NCBI RefSeq assembly: GCF_964204645.1
Contig: NC_134036.1
Location: 11,387,859-11,451,858, forward strand
Origin: Tubulanus polymorphus
Lineage: Eukaryota; Animalia; Nemertea
Direction: 5' to 3'
DNA: 64,000 nt
Shown: one piece after another, positions 61,177-64,000 of the stretch
Layout of the letters: each line of letters starts with the position of its first letter
Numbering within the stretch: the first letter of the stretch is position 1
Program-made: the position numbers and the translations under genes
The notes under the pieces: generated by a model
The model's database searches: none
Told to the model about the DNA's origin: nothing
Seen by the model: the letters and a program-made list of their open reading frames with translations, nothing else

Positions 61177-64000
61177 TGTAGCGGTTGTAGTGTAAACATA
61201 TAAAATAGTAATTCAGGTAGTGACTGCTGTTGTCCATAGGTAGCGTAGTCGTAGTCACTCTGCTGTGCCGGGGCGCTCGCTACACGGGTCCGCCTGGGTC
61301 GACCGCACTCGGGTAGTGAATACGGCAAGGAGACTCTTGTCTTCCCCAGGAAAGTAAATGGTATAAAATATGTAGAATCTGTTCCTCTATTGAAAAATGT
61401 CGCTAAAAAGGGCGCTTAAGCAGTACGCTCTCCTCCAAACAGTCGCCTCCCTACTCCACGTAGCCTTAATCTGTGTGGCCAATACAGACCCCCCAACCCG
61501 CTCTCCTCAGAGTAATCCGCTTTAGGGGCTTTCCTCGGACGAAACTCGCAGTGTTGATTACTCGGCGGATATGGCTACCCCCATTCCAAGTGCCCTCTCG
61601 CACATAGCTGTCCCCCGTCATCTCAGGAGCTAATTGCGACTCATGCCAGATCTGTCAAACTAGTCGTATGCATAAGTGTTGTCCGTAGCGACGGTCAATA
61701 GGGGAACGATCCTCACGTAGAACTAAATGGGTTCGATGCAGCAGGAAAACAAACAGAAATCCTCGTCCTTCCTTCCAGTGCCGGCGAATCAAATAAACGC
61801 AAGATTCGAAGTTTGATTGGAATGTAGTACGAATTATTAAATATATATATTTTCTTATAATACAAAGTTCATCGTTCTTGATGCCAAGGGGACATCATGT
61901 CCACACGCAAAACACCTTGATTATTTACATTTCGATATATAAAAAGAATGTGCCCTTCATGGCTTGCAAAGCCTTGGTACAGTCAATGTACGGTAGCATA
62001 CAAAGGAGACGACCGAACGTCAAATAGAAGCGGTGGCGCGGCGGACTCCGGTGTGTATCTAATATCACTTAGGTCTCAGTAAACGAGCGTCGAAGCTAAT
62101 CAACGATTAAGATGTTAACGACGGAGCGTCAAGTAGTTAACGACGAGCGTTGTCGTTAATCAACGATAAGAATTATACGACGGAGCGTCAAATAGTTAAC
62201 GACGAGCGTTGTCTTCAATCAACGATAAGAATTATACGACGGAGCGTCAAATAGTTAACGACGAGCGTGGTCGTTAATCAACGATATGAATTATACGACG
62301 GAGCGTCAAATAGTTAACGACGAGCGTTGTCGTTAATCAACGATAAGAATTATACGACGGAGCGTCAAATAGTTAACGACGAGCGTTGTCTTCAATCAAC
62401 GATATGAATTATACGACGGAGCGTCAAATAGTTAACGACGAGCGTTGTCGTTAATCAACGATAAGAATTATACGACGGAGCGTCAAGTAGTTAACGACGA
62501 GCGTTGTCGTTAATCAACGATAAGAATTATACGACGGAGCGTCAAATAGTTAACGACGAGCGTTGTCTTCAATCAACGATAAGAATTATACGACGGAGCG
62601 TCAAATAGTTAACGACGAGCGTGGTCATTAATCAACGATATGAATTATACGACGGAGCGTCAAATAGTTAACGACGAGCGTTGTCGTTAATCAACGATAA
62701 GAATTATACGACGGAGCGTCAAATAGTTAACGACGAGCGTTGTCTTCAATCAACGATAAGAATTATACGACGGAGCGTCAAATAGTTAACGACGAGCGTG
62801 GTCGTTAATCAACGATATGAATTATACGACGGAGCGTCAAATAGTTAACGACGAGCGTTGTCGTTAATCAACGATAAGAATTATACGACGGAGCGTCAAA
62901 TAGTTAACGACGAGCGTTGTCTTCAATCAACGATAAGAATTATACGACGGAGCGTCAAATAGTTAACGACGAGCGTTGTCGTTAATCAACGACTGCGCGC
63001 CAAATTCAAAATGTCGGTGACGCGAACTCAAAGAGTCGAAATTCAGAGGCGACGTCAAGAAGATGAAACGACCGCGCGTTCGTTCGAAAAAGGAGTTACT
63101 GAATACAGGTGATTTTCATGGTCAGCAGAAACGACATCTCGGAGTAAAATTACGGAAATAGCACAGAAGATATAGGCCTACCATACTATTATTATTACTA
63201 TTACTAATTACAGCGACGAGAGCGTTAAGTCGGCATCGTCAGAGGATTGAATTTAAACAGACGATGAACTGACGGAGAATTTACAATATTTACAGGATTG
63301 TAAGTGACGAGTTTATCGGCAGCCCATGGCCGACGGCTACACGACCCCCGGGTGCGTCGGCACTCGGGACTCACTGAGGGAGGGATGTCAAAAACCACTG
63401 CAGCGATCCCGGGGTCAGACGACCCGGAGGCCCGTGTCTTAATTAGAGAGTAAAATTGTCTTCTTACATGATCTGTACGATTTACAGCGTCCGATTCGTA
63501 AAACGGCGAAGAGTCAGCAAGAAGAGTTTCTAATGTGGCTCTGCCAGAGCCAAGTTGCCAATGAGCGCGATTGCGCCAAATTTATAGTTTTCATGCGGTC
63601 AACGCACGCGGTGATTGGTCAAGCGTGACGAGCAGTGATACGATCCGCGGACAAAGTAGAGCACGCGAAATCATTCGACCGTGACGAATGATAAACCCTA
63701 AATAAAGACTTCATACGCAAGAAATAGAATTAAGTTCTATAATATTTTAAGATTAACGCGAAAAATGACGACTATAAGACCGATACGGAGATATTTACTA
63801 AAAAAATAAACCGGAGTTAACCGCACCACCGCGAAAACGCTCACACGGAAGTGAGGCGGCGCCAGCGAACGGCGTCGTAAAAACGAGCGTAAACACGAGC
63901 AGGGCTGGAGAATTCTCCGGCGACGAGACGGAACCAAAACGGCCCAAAATCAAAGAAGTTGGGTCTCGAATATAAAAAGGAGAACACACACTAATAGGTA
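61177..64000 (-). mobile_element. Non-coding repeat element, copy 4 (longest; runs off window end)
   Basis: Begins TGTAGCGGTTGTAG at 61177; contains the segments of copies 1 and 2 and matches copy 3 back to 45127. Confidence 0.92.
62095..62992. repeat. 59-bp tandem array, about 15 units
   Basis: caacga motif recurs every 59 bp from 62101 to 62987. Confidence 0.95.

Noticed and set aside
61500-61570. Hammerhead or twister ribozyme in the element (ggacgaaac; aacactgc on the other strand)
   Set aside because: No CUGANGA core before stem II and no twister pseudoknot pairing found.
62095-62992. CRISPR-like appearance of the 59-bp arrays (also 16624-17165 and the 31-bp array)
   Set aside because: No unique spacers, no cas genes, eukaryotic context; these are plain tandem repeats.

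Overview
AT-rich eukaryotic DNA with GT-AG introns, most likely from a marine invertebrate (a lophotrochozoan-like gene and transposon set; this is inference). The ORF track misses most real genes because they are spliced. Host genes read by eye: a 7-exon divergent astacin metalloprotease (8855-12454, +); a signal-peptide plus PAN/Apple-like Cys-rich gene leaving the left edge (-); a gene of at least 4 exons for an unnamed invertebrate extracellular-type domain with homopolymer frameshifts (31480-32558, -); a zinc-finger exon split by a Mutator MITE; and an intact intronless class A GPCR (56066-57013, -). The rest is layered mobile DNA. There are four copies of a young non-coding 1-3 kb element with one sharp shared terminus, three of which carry a variable 59-bp array. 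Also present: Maverick/Polinton remnants (protein-primed PolB and major capsid), a Kolobok/PF20700-type transposase, two MULE transposases, several LINE 3' ends, Helentron-type HINEs and many MITEs with readable target-site duplications (TSDs). No rRNA, intact tRNA or CRISPR array was seen. All calls are by eye, with no database search.
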